Assembly: GCF_000247565.1 (NCBI RefSeq)
Contig: NC_016893.1
Coordinates: 540,001 to 572,000 of the forward strand
DNA from: Wigglesworthia glossinidia endosymbiont of Glossina morsitans morsitans (Yale colony)
GTDB lineage: Bacteria > Pseudomonadota > Gammaproteobacteria > Enterobacterales > Enterobacteriaceae
Direction of reading: 5' to 3'
Length of the DNA stretch: 32,000 nucleotides
In this document: one piece after another, positions 18,489-29,295 of the stretch
How positions within the stretch are numbered: position 1 is the stretch's first letter
Layout of the letters: every line of letters begins with the position of its first letter
Position numbers and translations under genes: made by a program
The notes under the pieces: model-generated
Databases searched by the model: none
Told to the model about the DNA's origin: nothing
Seen by the model: only the letters and a program-made list of their open reading frames with translations

Positions 18489-19412
18489 TTATAAAGATTT
18501 TATTATTTTTTTAGCACCTTGATTAATTAATTTTTGTACTTGTTTATAACTAAGTTGTTTTGCTTCTGAAATATCAGATTGTCCTTCGCTGCGAATAATT
18601 GTAGATCCATTAACAGAACCTACTATAGTTTTTATCCATATTTGGCTTTTTTGTTTAATTTTTGCATATACTCCTATTGGTATACGGCATCCAATGGCTA
18701 ATTTAGAAATAATTGTTTTTTCTGAATTAACGCATATTGCTGTTTCTTTATCATGTATTAAATTTACAAGATCTAATATTTTATGATCATTTAATCTATA
18801 TTGTACCATAATTGCGCCCTGTCCCATGGCGGGAATCATGTTGGTAAGATTTAGAGGAGTATATAATTTTTTATTAATTTGCAATCTTTTTAAGGCAGCT
18901 ACAGCAAGTATAATTGCATGAAAGTGACCCTGGAATAATTTATTTATTCTACTATGTATGTTACCTCTTAATGGATATACAATAAGATCTGGACGTAAAA
19001 GTAACAATTGAAATTTACGTCTTATGCTAGATGTTCCAATAATAGCTTTTCTTGGCAAAGAATAAATATTCTTATAATACTTACTAACTATTGCATCTCT
19101 TGGATCGCCTCGTTTGCAAATTGCTGCTATTCCTAATTTATTTGAAAGAGGTGAAGTGAAATCTTTCATCGAATGAACTGCAATGTCAGATTGATATTCT
19201 AATAAAGATTTTTCTAATTCATTAATAAATGAACTTTTGTTTTGTATTTGGTTTTGTGTATTTTTTTTAAAAATGTCACCTGATGTTAATAAAGGTAATA
19301 AACTTATGTTTAAATATGGATGGTAGTATAATAATTTTTTTTTTACATGATTTGCTTGCCAAATTGCAAGTGGACTAGTTCGGGTTGCTATTATCAAGCA
19401 GCTATTTTTCAT
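18489..19412 (-). CDS. hemC: Porphobilinogen deaminase (hydroxymethylbilane synthase)
   Basis: 307 aa: IATRTSPLAIWQANHVKKKL, DIAVHSMKDFTSPL, AICKRGDPRDAIVS, IGTSSIRRKFQLL, LRGNIHSRI, AAVALKRL, PAMGQGAIMVQYR, RLAIGCRIPIGVYA. Confidence 0.97.
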   Translation of the reverse strand: MKNSCLIIATRTSPLAIWQANHVKKKLLYYHPYLNISLLPLLTSGDIFKKNTQNQIQNKSSFINELEKSLLEYQSDIAVHSMKDFTSPLSNKLGIAAICKRGDPRDAIVSKYYKNIYSLPRKAIIGTSSIRRKFQLLLLRPDLIVYPLRGNIHSRINKLFQGHFHAIILAVAALKRLQINKKLYTPLNLTNMIPAMGQGAIMVQYRLNDHKILDLVNLIHDKETAICVNSEKTIISKLAIGCRIPIGVYAKIKQKSQIWIKTIVGSVNGSTIIRSEGQSDISEAKQLSYKQVQKLINQGAKKIIKSL

Positions 19413-19657
19413 ATAAATTTAAATATTTTATTTAAATAGTTTCTTTGAAAGAAATTTTTCTTCATATATAGTAGACTTTATTGTTAAAATTTAAAACATT
19501 GATTTTAAGAGAGTTTTAGTATATTTGAAATAAAGGTGATATTATCAAAAATTAAATTATATATTTTAATATATTATTTAATTTTTTCTTTTTATTTATT
19601 GTATTAATAATTTTTAAATATTTAGGGCGCAATTATACTGCAATTTAATTGTAGAAA

Positions 19658-19876
19658 TTATCGACTACGAAAAATTATTCTTCCTTTAGTGAGATCGTAT
19701 GGGGTTAATTCTACTGTAACTTTATCTCCAGTCAAAATTCTAATATAATTTTTTCTCATTTTTCCTGATATGTGAGCTAAAATTATATGTTTGTTTTCTA
19801 ATTCTACTTTAAACATAGTATTTGGTAAAGTATCTAATACAGTGCCTTGCATTTCAATGTTTTCTTCTTTTGTCAT
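19658..19876 (-). CDS. infA: Translation initiation factor IF-1
   Basis: 72 aa: [72 protein letters not shown]. Confidence 0.98.
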   Translation of the reverse strand: MTKEENIEMQGTVLDTLPNTMFKVELENKHIILAHISGKMRKNYIRILTGDKVTVELTPYDLTKGRIIFRSR

Positions 19877-20035
19877 ATTTTTATATATTTTTAATATTTG
19901 TTGTAATTTTATTTTATTACAATTTTCATAATTATGAAATGGTCGAACACAATTTAAATAAAATTATTGATTATAATATAAAAAACTTAATTAGATAATT
20001 TATAAAATTTTTTTAGCATAATTAAGATAAAAAAA

Positions 20036-21280
20036 TTATAAGAAATTATTTTTTTTAAAAATTTTTACATTAAATATTTCTTTTTCGATAATTTTTTTTC
20101 TTCTTTCTGTTAATTCATTTTTAATTTTAAACCCAATAAATCCGTCTTGAATAATATTTTCTACTTTAATAGTACTAGCGAGTTTATATATTTTTTTTAA
20201 CAACATTTCTGGTGCGTATAAATGATACTTAAAATTTCCTAAATTACATAAATGGGCTTTATTAATAGCAATTATTTCATTGATTCTATGAGGTTTTCTC
20301 CAAACATCAATATGATTTAAAAATAAAATTATTTTCTTTGGATTCATAAAAAAAATTTTTTTCAAAATGTTGTGGTAACATATAAATATTTTAGATAAAA
20401 TCAAAATTTTTCGTGGAAGTTTTAATCTTGAAAACATACTGTTAAGAAGTATTGAGCTATGTTTCGTTTTATTTTTTTTTATATTATTTTTCAAATTATT
20501 TTGGTTTAATTTTCCAAAATTGTAACATAAAGTTGCAAATCTCACGGCAATATCATCTGATAAACATACAATGATAGACAAAGCTGATAGTGTTTTTTGC
20601 CCTAAATCTTTTCGTATAGGTGGTTTAACAGAATTTGAATTTTGAAATAGATACGAAATTTCTGGAAATATTTTATTTAATGCTCCACATTGAAGTAAAA
20701 CTTTAAAGTATATTTGTGGATTGTAAGATAATAAAGCTTTTTTTGTTTCCAACCAAATTCTTTCTACAGATAAGTCTGATAATTCATGAATCATATCAGA
20801 CATTTTTTTTAATGTTTCTGAAGCAATAAAAAAGTTTAAATGTGCTAAGTATGCTGCAAATCTGGCAACTCTCAATACCCTTAAAGGATCTTCTTGAAAA
20901 GCATTTGATATATGTCTTAAACAACGTAGCTTTAAGTCATTTAATCCTCCATAAGGATCAATTAAATTTCCTTTTTCATCTTTAGCAATTGCATTAACGG
21001 TTAAATCACGTCTTTTTAAATCTTGTTTTAAAGTAATTTTTGGAGAAGTTTGAAAAAAAAATCCTGTGTGACCGCTCCCATGTTTACATTCTGTACGGGC
21101 TAAAGCATGTTCTTCATAATTTTTAGGATGTAAAAAAACTGGAAAAGATTTACCTACTGGTAAGAATCCTAGATTTATCATTTCTTCTGGAGAAGATCCT
21201 ACGACTACCCAGTCTTTTTCTTTAATTGGAATATTTAAAAGACTATCGCGTACTGCTCCGCCGACTAAGTATTTTTTCAT
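20036..21280 (-). CDS. cca: CCA tRNA nucleotidyltransferase
   Basis: 414 aa: MKKYLVGGAVRDSLLNIPIKEKDWVVVGSSPEEM, RRDLTVNAIAKDEKGNLIDPYGG, DPLRVLRVARFAAYL, ELSDLSVERIWLETKKAL. Confidence 0.97.
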   Translation of the reverse strand: MKKYLVGGAVRDSLLNIPIKEKDWVVVGSSPEEMINLGFLPVGKSFPVFLHPKNYEEHALARTECKHGSGHTGFFFQTSPKITLKQDLKRRDLTVNAIAKDEKGNLIDPYGGLNDLKLRCLRHISNAFQEDPLRVLRVARFAAYLAHLNFFIASETLKKMSDMIHELSDLSVERIWLETKKALLSYNPQIYFKVLLQCGALNKIFPEISYLFQNSNSVKPPIRKDLGQKTLSALSIIVCLSDDIAVRFATLCYNFGKLNQNNLKNNIKKNKTKHSSILLNSMFSRLKLPRKILILSKIFICYHNILKKIFFMNPKKIILFLNHIDVWRKPHRINEIIAINKAHLCNLGNFKYHLYAPEMLLKKIYKLASTIKVENIIQDGFIGFKIKNELTERRKKIIEKEIFNVKIFKKNNFL

Positions 21281-21672
21281 ACTTTTAAAAAAATTAAAGT
21301 TTTTATAAAATATTTAAATTTACTATGTCTATATATTTAGTTTGCATTGTTAATTATGTAAAAAGTTTACGAATTATTTATTTTTTTAAACATTTTAATA
21401 ATTAATAAATAGCGTATAAGATGTTTTTAAATGTGAAAAAAAATTTTTTATTTTCAATATATTAAATTATTTAATTTTATATTGCAAACGATAATAATTT
21501 TACTATAAAAATAACACGATTCTATAATATATTTTTTTTAAAAAAATTTTATAATCAAAATTTGATTTTTTTTTAAACATTAAATTTTTATTTAAGAATG
21601 ACACTATTAATGAAATATGTACAAATAATTATCATAGAAAATGATATTTTTTGATTTAAATAGTTAATTGTA

Positions 21673-21701
21673 TTGAAAATTAATTAATTTCAGGGTATAT
21701 T
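21673..21701 (+). promoter_or_regulatory. Possible sigma-70-like promoter upstream of ribB
   Basis: TTGAAA - 17 bp - TATATT at 21673-21678 and 21696-21701, about 160 bp upstream of the ribB start. AT-rich background makes chance matches common. Confidence 0.3.
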
Positions 21702-21859
21702 CTATTACTATAAATATAATATACTTAATATCTTATATCAAAGTTAAATAGTAATATGATAAAACATTTTAAAAATGCTTATTTATAGTGTTATTGATAA
21801 CAATTTTTAAGTATAACATAATTTAAGTTACTTATTTCATCTCGATGGAGTTATATATA

Positions 21860-22504
21860 ATGCATAACAAATTTTTATATAAATTTGGATCACCAAAAGA
21901 ACGAGTTGAAAATGCATTAAATGCTTTAAAAAATGGACAAGGAATATTAGTTTTAGATGATGAAAATAGAGAAAATGAAGGTGACATGATTTTTGCTGCA
22001 GAAAATATGACTTTGGCACAAATGGCTTTAGCGATTCGCTTTGGAAGTGGTATTATTTGCATATGTTTAACTAAAGAAAAATGTAAAAAATTAAATCTGC
22101 CTATGATGGTGCAAAAAAATAACAGTAAATATCAAACTGCATTTACAGTTAGCATTGAATCAGCATTTGGAATTACTACTGGAGTATCTGCACATGATAG
22201 GCTAACTACTATTAAAACTGCTATTCAAGATAATGCTAAACCTACAGATTTAAATCGTCCAGGACACGTATTTCCTTTGCAAGCTAAATCTGGAGGAGTT
22301 TTATGTCGTGCAGGACATACCGAAGCTGCTATAGATTTAACAAAATTAGCTGGATTAAAACCTGCTGGAGTAATATGTGAAGTCATGAATGATGATGGAT
22401 CTATGGCGCGCATGCCAGAAATATTAAAATTTTCTTATAAAAATAAAATGCCGGTTTTAATTATGCAAGATATTATTAATTACCGACTTGCATTAAAGCC
22501 ATAA
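21860..22504 (+). CDS. ribB: 3,4-dihydroxy-2-butanone-4-phosphate synthase (ORF track start 21845; internal ATG at 21860 preferred)
   Basis: [108 protein letters not shown]. Confidence 0.97.
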   Translation: MHNKFLYKFGSPKERVENALNALKNGQGILVLDDENRENEGDMIFAAENMTLAQMALAIRFGSGIICICLTKEKCKKLNLPMMVQKNNSKYQTAFTVSIESAFGITTGVSAHDRLTTIKTAIQDNAKPTDLNRPGHVFPLQAKSGGVLCRAGHTEAAIDLTKLAGLKPAGVICEVMNDDGSMARMPEILKFSYKNKMPVLIMQDIINYRLALKP

Positions 22505-22604
22505 AATTGTTTTATTAATTAATTATTTTTAAATAAATAAGTAATTTTTTATTAAATTAAATGCATTTTATTTTAAAAAAAAATGTCTTAAATAATTGAA
22601 AATA

Positions 22605-23654
22605 TTATCTATTATGTATTTTTAAAAAGTTATATAAGTTTTTCAAAAAATAACATGTATCATCCCAACTTATACAAGGATCTGTTAACGATATACCGTA
22701 TTTAATTTTGTTTTTTGGTAGTTTCCATATTTGATTTCCAGAATTGATATGACTTTCTAACATTAATCCGATAATTGATCGATTATGTATAGATAAATAT
22801 CTTAAAATTGATTCTGCAACTTGAATTTGTTTCTTTTCATTTTTTTCAGAATTTCCATGATTGCAATCAATCATAATTGCTTCAGGAAGAGAAAAATTTT
22901 GCATTTGTTTTTTGCAATCATAAATATTGTGTTGAAAATAATTAGGAAAATTTCCGCCTCTTAAAATAATATGACTATTTATATTTCCTGAACTATTTAT
23001 AATACAAATATTTCCATCTTGATTAATTCCAACAAAATTATGTGCTTCAGAAGCAGTTAAAATTGCATGACATGCATTTTTTATGCTGCCGTCTAAGCTA
23101 TTTTTGAAACCTATCGGATTCATCAAATAAGAAGCGATTTCTCTATGTATCTGAGAACTAACAGTACGTGCTCCAATTGCAGACCAGCTAATTAAATCAT
23201 TAAAATAATAAGCAAATAATGGATTTAATATTTCTGTAGCAATTGGTTGTTTAATTTTAGTTAATTGAATATATAAATTTCGAACTTTTATTAATCCTAA
23301 TGTTATATTGGATTTTCCATTTAAATTTGGATCATAAATAAATCCTTTCCATCCTAATGAAGTACGAGGTTTTTCGTAATAAACTCGCATAATAATATAT
23401 AAATGATTGATAAATTTTATTGATAATTCTTTTAATCTAATTGCATAATCTATAGATGTATGTATATCGTGAATAGAACATGGCCCGCAAACTATCAAAA
23501 ATCTTGGATCCTTATTATATATAATATCAGAAATAATTTTTCTAGATTTTAGAATAAATTTTTTTTCTTTTGCATTGATGGGATATTTTTCTTTTAATTT
23601 TTTAGGAGTGATAAATAATTTTGTTTCATGAAAATTTATATTTTTATTTTGCAT
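22605..23654 (-). CDS. 3-deoxy-7-phosphoheptulonate (DAHP) synthase, AroFGH family, AroF-like by eye
   Basis: 349 aa: SRKIISDIIYNKDPRFLIVCGPCSIHD, MRVYYEKPRTSLGWKGFIYDP, SWSAIGARTVSSQIHREIAS, PIGFKNSLDGS, HIILRGGNFPNY, DCNHGNSEKN, YGISLTDPCISWDDT. Isozyme not assigned firmly. Confidence 0.94.
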   Translation of the reverse strand: MQNKNINFHETKLFITPKKLKEKYPINAKEKKFILKSRKIISDIIYNKDPRFLIVCGPCSIHDIHTSIDYAIRLKELSIKFINHLYIIMRVYYEKPRTSLGWKGFIYDPNLNGKSNITLGLIKVRNLYIQLTKIKQPIATEILNPLFAYYFNDLISWSAIGARTVSSQIHREIASYLMNPIGFKNSLDGSIKNACHAILTASEAHNFVGINQDGNICIINSSGNINSHIILRGGNFPNYFQHNIYDCKKQMQNFSLPEAIMIDCNHGNSEKNEKKQIQVAESILRYLSIHNRSIIGLMLESHINSGNQIWKLPKNKIKYGISLTDPCISWDDTCYFLKNLYNFLKIHNR

Positions 23655-23889
23655 TTAATTAAGAATATTTTTATAAAATATTTAAAAAAACAGTATTTTT
23701 ATATTATATAAATAAATATAATTTTTACAATTTAATTTATTAAAATTAATACATTTAATATGTTTTTAATATAGTAAAATAAAATGTTTATAAATATGAA
23801 TAATAACTATTTTTATTATAAAAATTTATTAGTATATTAAATATAATAATTTATATAAAAATATATTTCTTCATTATTTGGAAATTTAA

Positions 23890-24891
23890 ATGGTAATTGA
23901 AAATAGCAAAAAAAAAGCATTAGATTTAGCTATGTATCAAATTGAGAAACAATTTGGACATGGTTCTATTATGCGTTTGGGTGAAGATAGATCCATGGAT
24001 ATAGAAACTATTTCTACAGGTTCTTTATCATTAGACATCGCATTAGGAGCCGGAGGTTTACCGATGGGACGCATTGTTGAAATTTATGGACCTGAATCTT
24101 CTGGAAAAACTACATTAACTTTAACAATTATTGCTGAAGCACAAAAAAAAGGAAAAATATGTGCTTTCATTGATGCAGAACACGCATTAGATCCAAATTA
24201 TGCAAAATCATTAGGTGTAGATATTAATAATCTTTTATGTTCTCAACCAGATACAGGAGAACAAGCATTAGAAATTTGTGATGTTTTAACTAAATCAGGT
24301 GCAGTTGACTTAATTATAGTAGATTCTGTTGCAGCTTTAACTCCAAAAGCTGAAATAGATGGCGAAATAGGTGATTTACATATAGGTTTAGCAGCAAGAA
24401 TGATGAGTCAAGCTATGCGTAAGCTTGCAAGAAATTTAAAAAATGCCAATACTTTATTAATTTTTATTAATCAAATTCGTTTAAAAATTGGAGTGATTTT
24501 TGGAAATCCAGAAGTTACAACAGGTGGTAACGCTCTTAAATTTTATGCTTCAATAAGATTAGATATTCGACGTATTGGTTCTATTAAAGATGGAGATCAT
24601 GTCATAGGAAGTGATACACGCGTAAAGGTAGTAAAAAACAAAATTGCTGTGCCTTTCAAACAAGCAGAATTTCAAATTTTATATGGACGTGGAATTAATA
24701 CTGAAGGAGAAATTTTAAATTTAGGCGTGACATATAATATAATTGAAAAATTAGGATCTTGGTATAGTTATAATAAAACAAAAATTGGCCAAGGAAAAAA
24801 TAATGTATATAAATTTTTTAAATTGAATAAAAATATTTCAAAAGAAATAAAAAAAGCAATAAAAGAAAAAAGCATAAAAATAAATAATTAA
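23890..24891 (+). CDS. recA: Recombinase RecA (acidic C-terminal tail absent)
   Basis: 333 aa: [108 protein letters not shown]. Confidence 0.98.
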   Translation: MVIENSKKKALDLAMYQIEKQFGHGSIMRLGEDRSMDIETISTGSLSLDIALGAGGLPMGRIVEIYGPESSGKTTLTLTIIAEAQKKGKICAFIDAEHALDPNYAKSLGVDINNLLCSQPDTGEQALEICDVLTKSGAVDLIIVDSVAALTPKAEIDGEIGDLHIGLAARMMSQAMRKLARNLKNANTLLIFINQIRLKIGVIFGNPEVTTGGNALKFYASIRLDIRRIGSIKDGDHVIGSDTRVKVVKNKIAVPFKQAEFQILYGRGINTEGEILNLGVTYNIIEKLGSWYSYNKTKIGQGKNNVYKFFKLNKNISKEIKKAIKEKSIKINN

Positions 24892-24929
24892 AGCGTAATT
24901 AAAAAAAAGCGAACTAAAATGTGTAAAAA

Positions 24930-27545
24930 ATGAAAAATACTCCTGAAATTCGTAAAATTTTTTTAAATTTTTTTTCTAAAAAAAATCATAAAATTCTTGA
25001 TAGCAGTAGTTTAATCGCAGAGGATGATAAAACTTTATTATTTACTAACTCTGGAATGCATCAATTTAAAAATATTTTTCTCGGTTTAGAAAAAATACAA
25101 CATCCATGTATTGCTACAGCACAACGTTGCATGCGAGCGGGTGGAAAACATAATGATTTAGATGTAGTTGGAAAAACTGGAATTCATCATACTTTTTTTG
25201 AAATGTTAGGTAATTTTAGTTTTGGTGCATATTCAAAAGTAGAAGCGATTCAATTTGCATGGGAACTACTTACTGACAAAAAGTGGTTTAATCTACCAAA
25301 AGAAAAATTGTTAGTAACAGTATATTATAAAGACATAATTTCTTATGATATTTGGATTAATAAAACAAACATTAATCCTAATCATGTTATATTTATCAAA
25401 GATAAAAACAACAAACCGTATCATTCAGATAATTTTTGGACTATGGGAGATTTTGGGCCTTGCGGTCCATGTTCAGAAATTTTTTATTGTTTTAACAAAA
25501 TTTATACAGTAAACGATACATTTTTAAAAAATCATTGTATTGAAATCTGGAATTTAGTATTTATGCAATTTAACTTGCAAGTTAACGGAGAATTATCGAA
25601 ATTGCCTAAATTTGCTATTGATACAGGAATGGGATTAGAACGCATTTCTTCTGTATTGCAAAAAGTAAATTCCAACTATGATATAGATTTATTTCAAAAA
25701 ATTATTAAATCAATCTTTACAATTATTAAAATTAAGAATTTAGATTTAATATCTTACAGGATTATTGCAGATCATATTCGTGCTACTGTATTTTTAATTT
25801 ATGATAATGTTTTGCCATCAAATTCCGGTAGAGGATACGTGTTAAGAAAAATTATGCGTCGCGCTATTTTACATGGAAATATGAATTTAAAAGAAAATTA
25901 TTTTTTTTATAAACTTGTTATTCCAGTAATACAAATTATGTCTTACATAGATATAAAATTGAAAGAGAAACAAAATTATATTAAAAAAATTGTCAAATCA
26001 GAAGAAAAGCTTTTTTTATGTTCTGTAAAAACAGGTATGCAATTTCTTAATCAAGAGCTTATTAAAATTCAAAATAATACTTTATCAGGAAAAATTATTT
26101 TTAAAATATATGATACTTATGGAATTCCTTTAAATTTAATACAAGATATTTGTCGAAAAAAAAATATTTTTTTTGATCAATCCGGATTTAGCATTGCTAT
26201 GCAGATACAAAAAAATAGATCACAAAAAAGTAGTTATTTTAAAAATATTAAACATTACATATCAAATAATAATGAAACTGTTTTTTGTGGTTATTCTGAT
26301 ATAATTTGTACGACAAAAATTATCGCAATATATAATGAAAAAACATGCATAAAACAAATACAAGCTGATCAAGAAGGGATAATTATTTTAGATAAAACTC
26401 CATTTTACGCTGAATCTGGAGGACAAATTGGAGATTCTGGATTGTTGAAATCTTCTAATGGTACATTTAACGTAATAGATACAAAAAAAAATGGAAATGT
26501 CTTTATACATATTGGAAAAATGATATATGGTAAATTTGATATTGGAGACATAGTTGCTGCATCAATTGATCAAGAAAAAAGATTATCTATTACTTTAAAT
26601 CATTCTGCCATACATTTACTACATACTACTTTACATCGTATTTTAGGCAATACTGCTATGCAAAGAGGATCTTTAGTTAAAGAAAATTATTTAAGTTTAG
26701 ATTTTACCTACTACGAAAAAATGAACACAGAAAAAATACATAATATTGAAGATATGGTAAACGTACAAATTCGTAAAAATTTAACAATTCGTATAAATCA
26801 CATGTCATTAAATGATGCATTAAAAATAGGCGCAATTGCTTTATTTAAAAAAAATTATTGTTCTCAGGTACGTGTCATAAAAATAGGTAATTTTTCAAAT
26901 GAATTATGCGGAGGCACTCATGTTCAAAAAACAGGTGAAATTGGCTGTTTTATCATTGTTTCTGAAAAAAAAATTGCTTCAGGAGTACATCGTATTAAAG
27001 CTGTAACAGGAAAATATGCTATACAGTTTTTACAAAAAAAATTTGATCTTTTGAACTCAATTCAAGAATTAATGCAAAGTGATGCTTCAAATTTATTTGA
27101 AAAAATCAAACAAATGCAAAATAATCTGAAATCTCAAAGAAAAAAAATTTTTGAGTTTAATAATATAAAAATTAAAAATTGTATACTTGATATTCGTAAA
27201 AATATTAAAGTTGTTAACGAAACAAAAATTATTATTGATTTTATCAAAATTTCTTTGGATGCATCTATGTTGCGTTTAATTTTGAATAAATTGAAAGAAA
27301 ATTTGAAAAATAGTATTATTGTTTTAGCTATTATAAATAAAAATCAAGTAAAAATCGCAGTAAGTGTCGCTAAAGAAACATCTAGAAATATACAAGCAAG
27401 TGATATTATAGATTATTTTAAAAAATTCAATACTATAAAAGGCGGCGGAAACGCATATTTTGCTGAAGCAAGCGGAATTTTAAATCCAATAGATTTACAA
27501 TCTACATTTAAAAAAATATTTGTGATATTATCAAAAAAACTTTAG
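24930..27545 (+). CDS. alaS: Alanyl-tRNA synthetase
   Basis: 871 aa: FTNSGMHQFKNIFLG, QRCMRAGGKHNDLDVVGKTGIHHTFFEMLGNFSFGAYSK, TMGDFGPCGPCSEIFY, GRGYVLRKIMRRAI, NHSAIHLLHTTLHRILG, ELCGGTHVQKTGEIG, GGGNAYFAEASG. Confidence 0.98.
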   Translation: MKNTPEIRKIFLNFFSKKNHKILDSSSLIAEDDKTLLFTNSGMHQFKNIFLGLEKIQHPCIATAQRCMRAGGKHNDLDVVGKTGIHHTFFEMLGNFSFGAYSKVEAIQFAWELLTDKKWFNLPKEKLLVTVYYKDIISYDIWINKTNINPNHVIFIKDKNNKPYHSDNFWTMGDFGPCGPCSEIFYCFNKIYTVNDTFLKNHCIEIWNLVFMQFNLQVNGELSKLPKFAIDTGMGLERISSVLQKVNSNYDIDLFQKIIKSIFTIIKIKNLDLISYRIIADHIRATVFLIYDNVLPSNSGRGYVLRKIMRRAILHGNMNLKENYFFYKLVIPVIQIMSYIDIKLKEKQNYIKKIVKSEEKLFLCSVKTGMQFLNQELIKIQNNTLSGKIIFKIYDTYGIPLNLIQDICRKKNIFFDQSGFSIAMQIQKNRSQKSSYFKNIKHYISNNNETVFCGYSDIICTTKIIAIYNEKTCIKQIQADQEGIIILDKTPFYAESGGQIGDSGLLKSSNGTFNVIDTKKNGNVFIHIGKMIYGKFDIGDIVAASIDQEKRLSITLNHSAIHLLHTTLHRILGNTAMQRGSLVKENYLSLDFTYYEKMNTEKIHNIEDMVNVQIRKNLTIRINHMSLNDALKIGAIALFKKNYCSQVRVIKIGNFSNELCGGTHVQKTGEIGCFIIVSEKKIASGVHRIKAVTGKYAIQFLQKKFDLLNSIQELMQSDASNLFEKIKQMQNNLKSQRKKIFEFNNIKIKNCILDIRKNIKVVNETKIIIDFIKISLDASMLRLILNKLKENLKNSIIVLAIINKNQVKIAVSVAKETSRNIQASDIIDYFKKFNTIKGGGNAYFAEASGILNPIDLQSTFKKIFVILSKKL

Positions 27546-27584
27546 TATTTAATAGATAAAACATAATTTATTATTAATTTCAAT

Positions 27585-27672
27585 GGTGAGGTGGCCGAGA
27601 GGTTGAAGGCGCTCCCCTGCTAAGGGAGTATATAATAAAACTATATCGAGGGTTCGAATCCCTCTCTCACCG
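27585..27672 (+). tRNA. tRNA-Ser (anticodon GCT); no encoded CCA
   Basis: Type II tRNA with long variable arm: GGTGAGG...CTCCC-CTGCTAA-GGGAG...GAGGG-TTCGAAT-CCCTC-TCTCACC-G. Confidence 0.96.
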
Positions 27673-27679
27673 ATTTTTT

Positions 27680-27753
27680 GCATCCGTAGCTCAGTTGGAT
27701 AGAGCACTCGGCTACGAACCGAGAGGTCAGGGGTTCAAATCCTCTCGGATGCA
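27680..27753 (+). tRNA. tRNA-Arg (anticodon ACG); no encoded CCA
   Basis: Acceptor GCATCCG/CGGATGC-A, anticodon arm CTCGG-CTACGAA-CCGAG, T arm with GTTCAAAT. Confidence 0.96.
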
Positions 27754-28044
27754 TTATAAAATTAGTGTTATAGTTTGAATTATAAAAATTCATTTACACA
27801 TATTGCTAAATTTTTAAAAAATTTTATTTCTTAAAAATTCATGATTATACATATTAAAAATAAATCATATAAAATTAAATAATTTATGTCATATCATATA
27901 AATCATAAAATTTTTCAAATTTAATTTAATAAAATTATTTTATATATTAATTAATAACAAAATTAAAATATATTAACATAATCAAACTAATTAGTGATAT
28001 TAATATATATACAGTTAATTTTTAAATTTTTAAGAGATATAACT

Positions 28045-28521
28045 ATGAATCATATTCCAATGACTTTAAATGGAGCAAAAAAATTACGCGAAGAATTAAA
28101 ATATTTAAAACAAATACGACGTCCAGAGATAATTAAAGCTATTGCAGAAGCGCGACAATATGGAGATTTAAAAGAAAATGCAGAATATCATTCAGCAAAA
28201 GAGCAACAATATTTTTGTGAAGGAAGAATTCAAGAAATTGAAGCTAAATTAATTAATTCAAATATCATTGATATTAAAAAAATTCCCGTACAAGATCGTG
28301 TAGTTTTCGGAGTAACTATCAGTATAAAAAACTTGCATACTTCTGAAAAAAAAACGTATAAAATAGTCGGCGATGATGAAGCTGATTTTAAATATAACTT
28401 AATTTCTGTAAATTCACCTTTAGCACGTAGTTTAATTGGAAAAAAAACTCTAGATATCGTGGATGTATATACTCCTCGAGGAATAACAACGTACAAAATA
28501 TTGGATATAAAATATTTATAA
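28045..28521 (+). CDS. greA: Transcription elongation factor GreA (ORF track start 27994; ATG at 28045 preferred)
   Basis: [69 protein letters not shown]...[25 protein letters not shown]. Confidence 0.97.
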   Translation: MNHIPMTLNGAKKLREELKYLKQIRRPEIIKAIAEARQYGDLKENAEYHSAKEQQYFCEGRIQEIEAKLINSNIIDIKKIPVQDRVVFGVTISIKNLHTSEKKTYKIVGDDEADFKYNLISVNSPLARSLIGKKTLDIVDVYTPRGITTYKILDIKYL

Positions 28522-28640
28522 GTTAGCCTTTTAATTATTTTATGATAATGATAAAATTAAAATAAATTAAATCGTTTTATTATAGTAAGATAACTTTTCA
28601 ATAAACTTAATTTATTTTTTTTAAATAGGAAATATACAGT

Positions 28641-29252
28641 ATGTATTATACGTGTTCTAATACATGGTTATCACGACATTTTTCAGATAAATTTGTTAAA
28701 GAATCTAAGCGTTTTGGATATAGATCTCGTGCTTGGTTTAAGTTAGACGAAATGCAAAAAGCAAATAATATAATTACCTCTGGCATGACCGTTTTAGATC
28801 TAGGATCTTCTCCCGGAGGATGGTCCCAATACGCGTCTCAAAAAGTTAACAATTTGGGTCATGTAATTTCTTGCGATATTAAACCTATGCTTGAAGTATC
28901 AAAAGTATCATTTATTTTAGGTGACGCATTTAAAAAAGATGTTTTAAAAAAAATTTGCAAAATAAAAAATAAAGTAGATGTCATTTTATGCGATATTGCT
29001 CCTAACATTACCGGAATAACAGAGATTGATCATCCAAAATGTATAAGCATAAATTATAAGGCGCTAAATTTATGCAAGTATATATTACTAAAAAATGGAA
29101 AATTTATTATTAAAAGTTTTAATGGATCAGAATTTAAAAGATATTATACAGCAATAAAAAAATTATTCAAAAAAACAAAAATTTTTAAACCAGTTGCTTC
29201 TCGATTAAATTCTCAGGAAATATATATTATAGCAATTGGTTATAAAGTATAA
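28641..29252 (+). CDS. rlmE: 23S rRNA (uridine-2'-O)-methyltransferase RlmE (RrmJ/FtsJ)
   Basis: 203 aa: YRSRAWFKLDEMQK, VLDLGSSPGGWSQYASQ, SCDIKPM, VILCDIAPNITG, GKFIIKSFNGSE; upstream of ftsH as in E. coli. Confidence 0.96.
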   Translation: MYYTCSNTWLSRHFSDKFVKESKRFGYRSRAWFKLDEMQKANNIITSGMTVLDLGSSPGGWSQYASQKVNNLGHVISCDIKPMLEVSKVSFILGDAFKKDVLKKICKIKNKVDVILCDIAPNITGITEIDHPKCISINYKALNLCKYILLKNGKFIIKSFNGSEFKRYYTAIKKLFKKTKIFKPVASRLNSQEIYIIAIGYKV

Positions 29253-29295
29253 TATTTTTTAAATATCATTAAATAAATTAAATGAGGTTACTTTC

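Noticed and set aside
19440-19460. Small palindrome TTTCTTTGAAAGAAA upstream of hemC as a possible terminator or operator
   Set aside because: Pure A/T-rich stem with minimal loop; such palindromes are expected by chance at this base composition.
21690-21859. Possible FMN (RFN) riboswitch upstream of ribB, suggested by TTTCAGGG
   Set aside because: The rest of the RFN consensus (such as GGCGGTAAA and the other conserved GC-rich blocks) is absent, and the sequence is almost entirely A/T. No support beyond a short chance match.
21832-22413. Antisense ORFs at the ribB locus (21832-22062, 21837-22019, 22225-22413)
   Set aside because: All lie over conserved RibB codons; no independent support.
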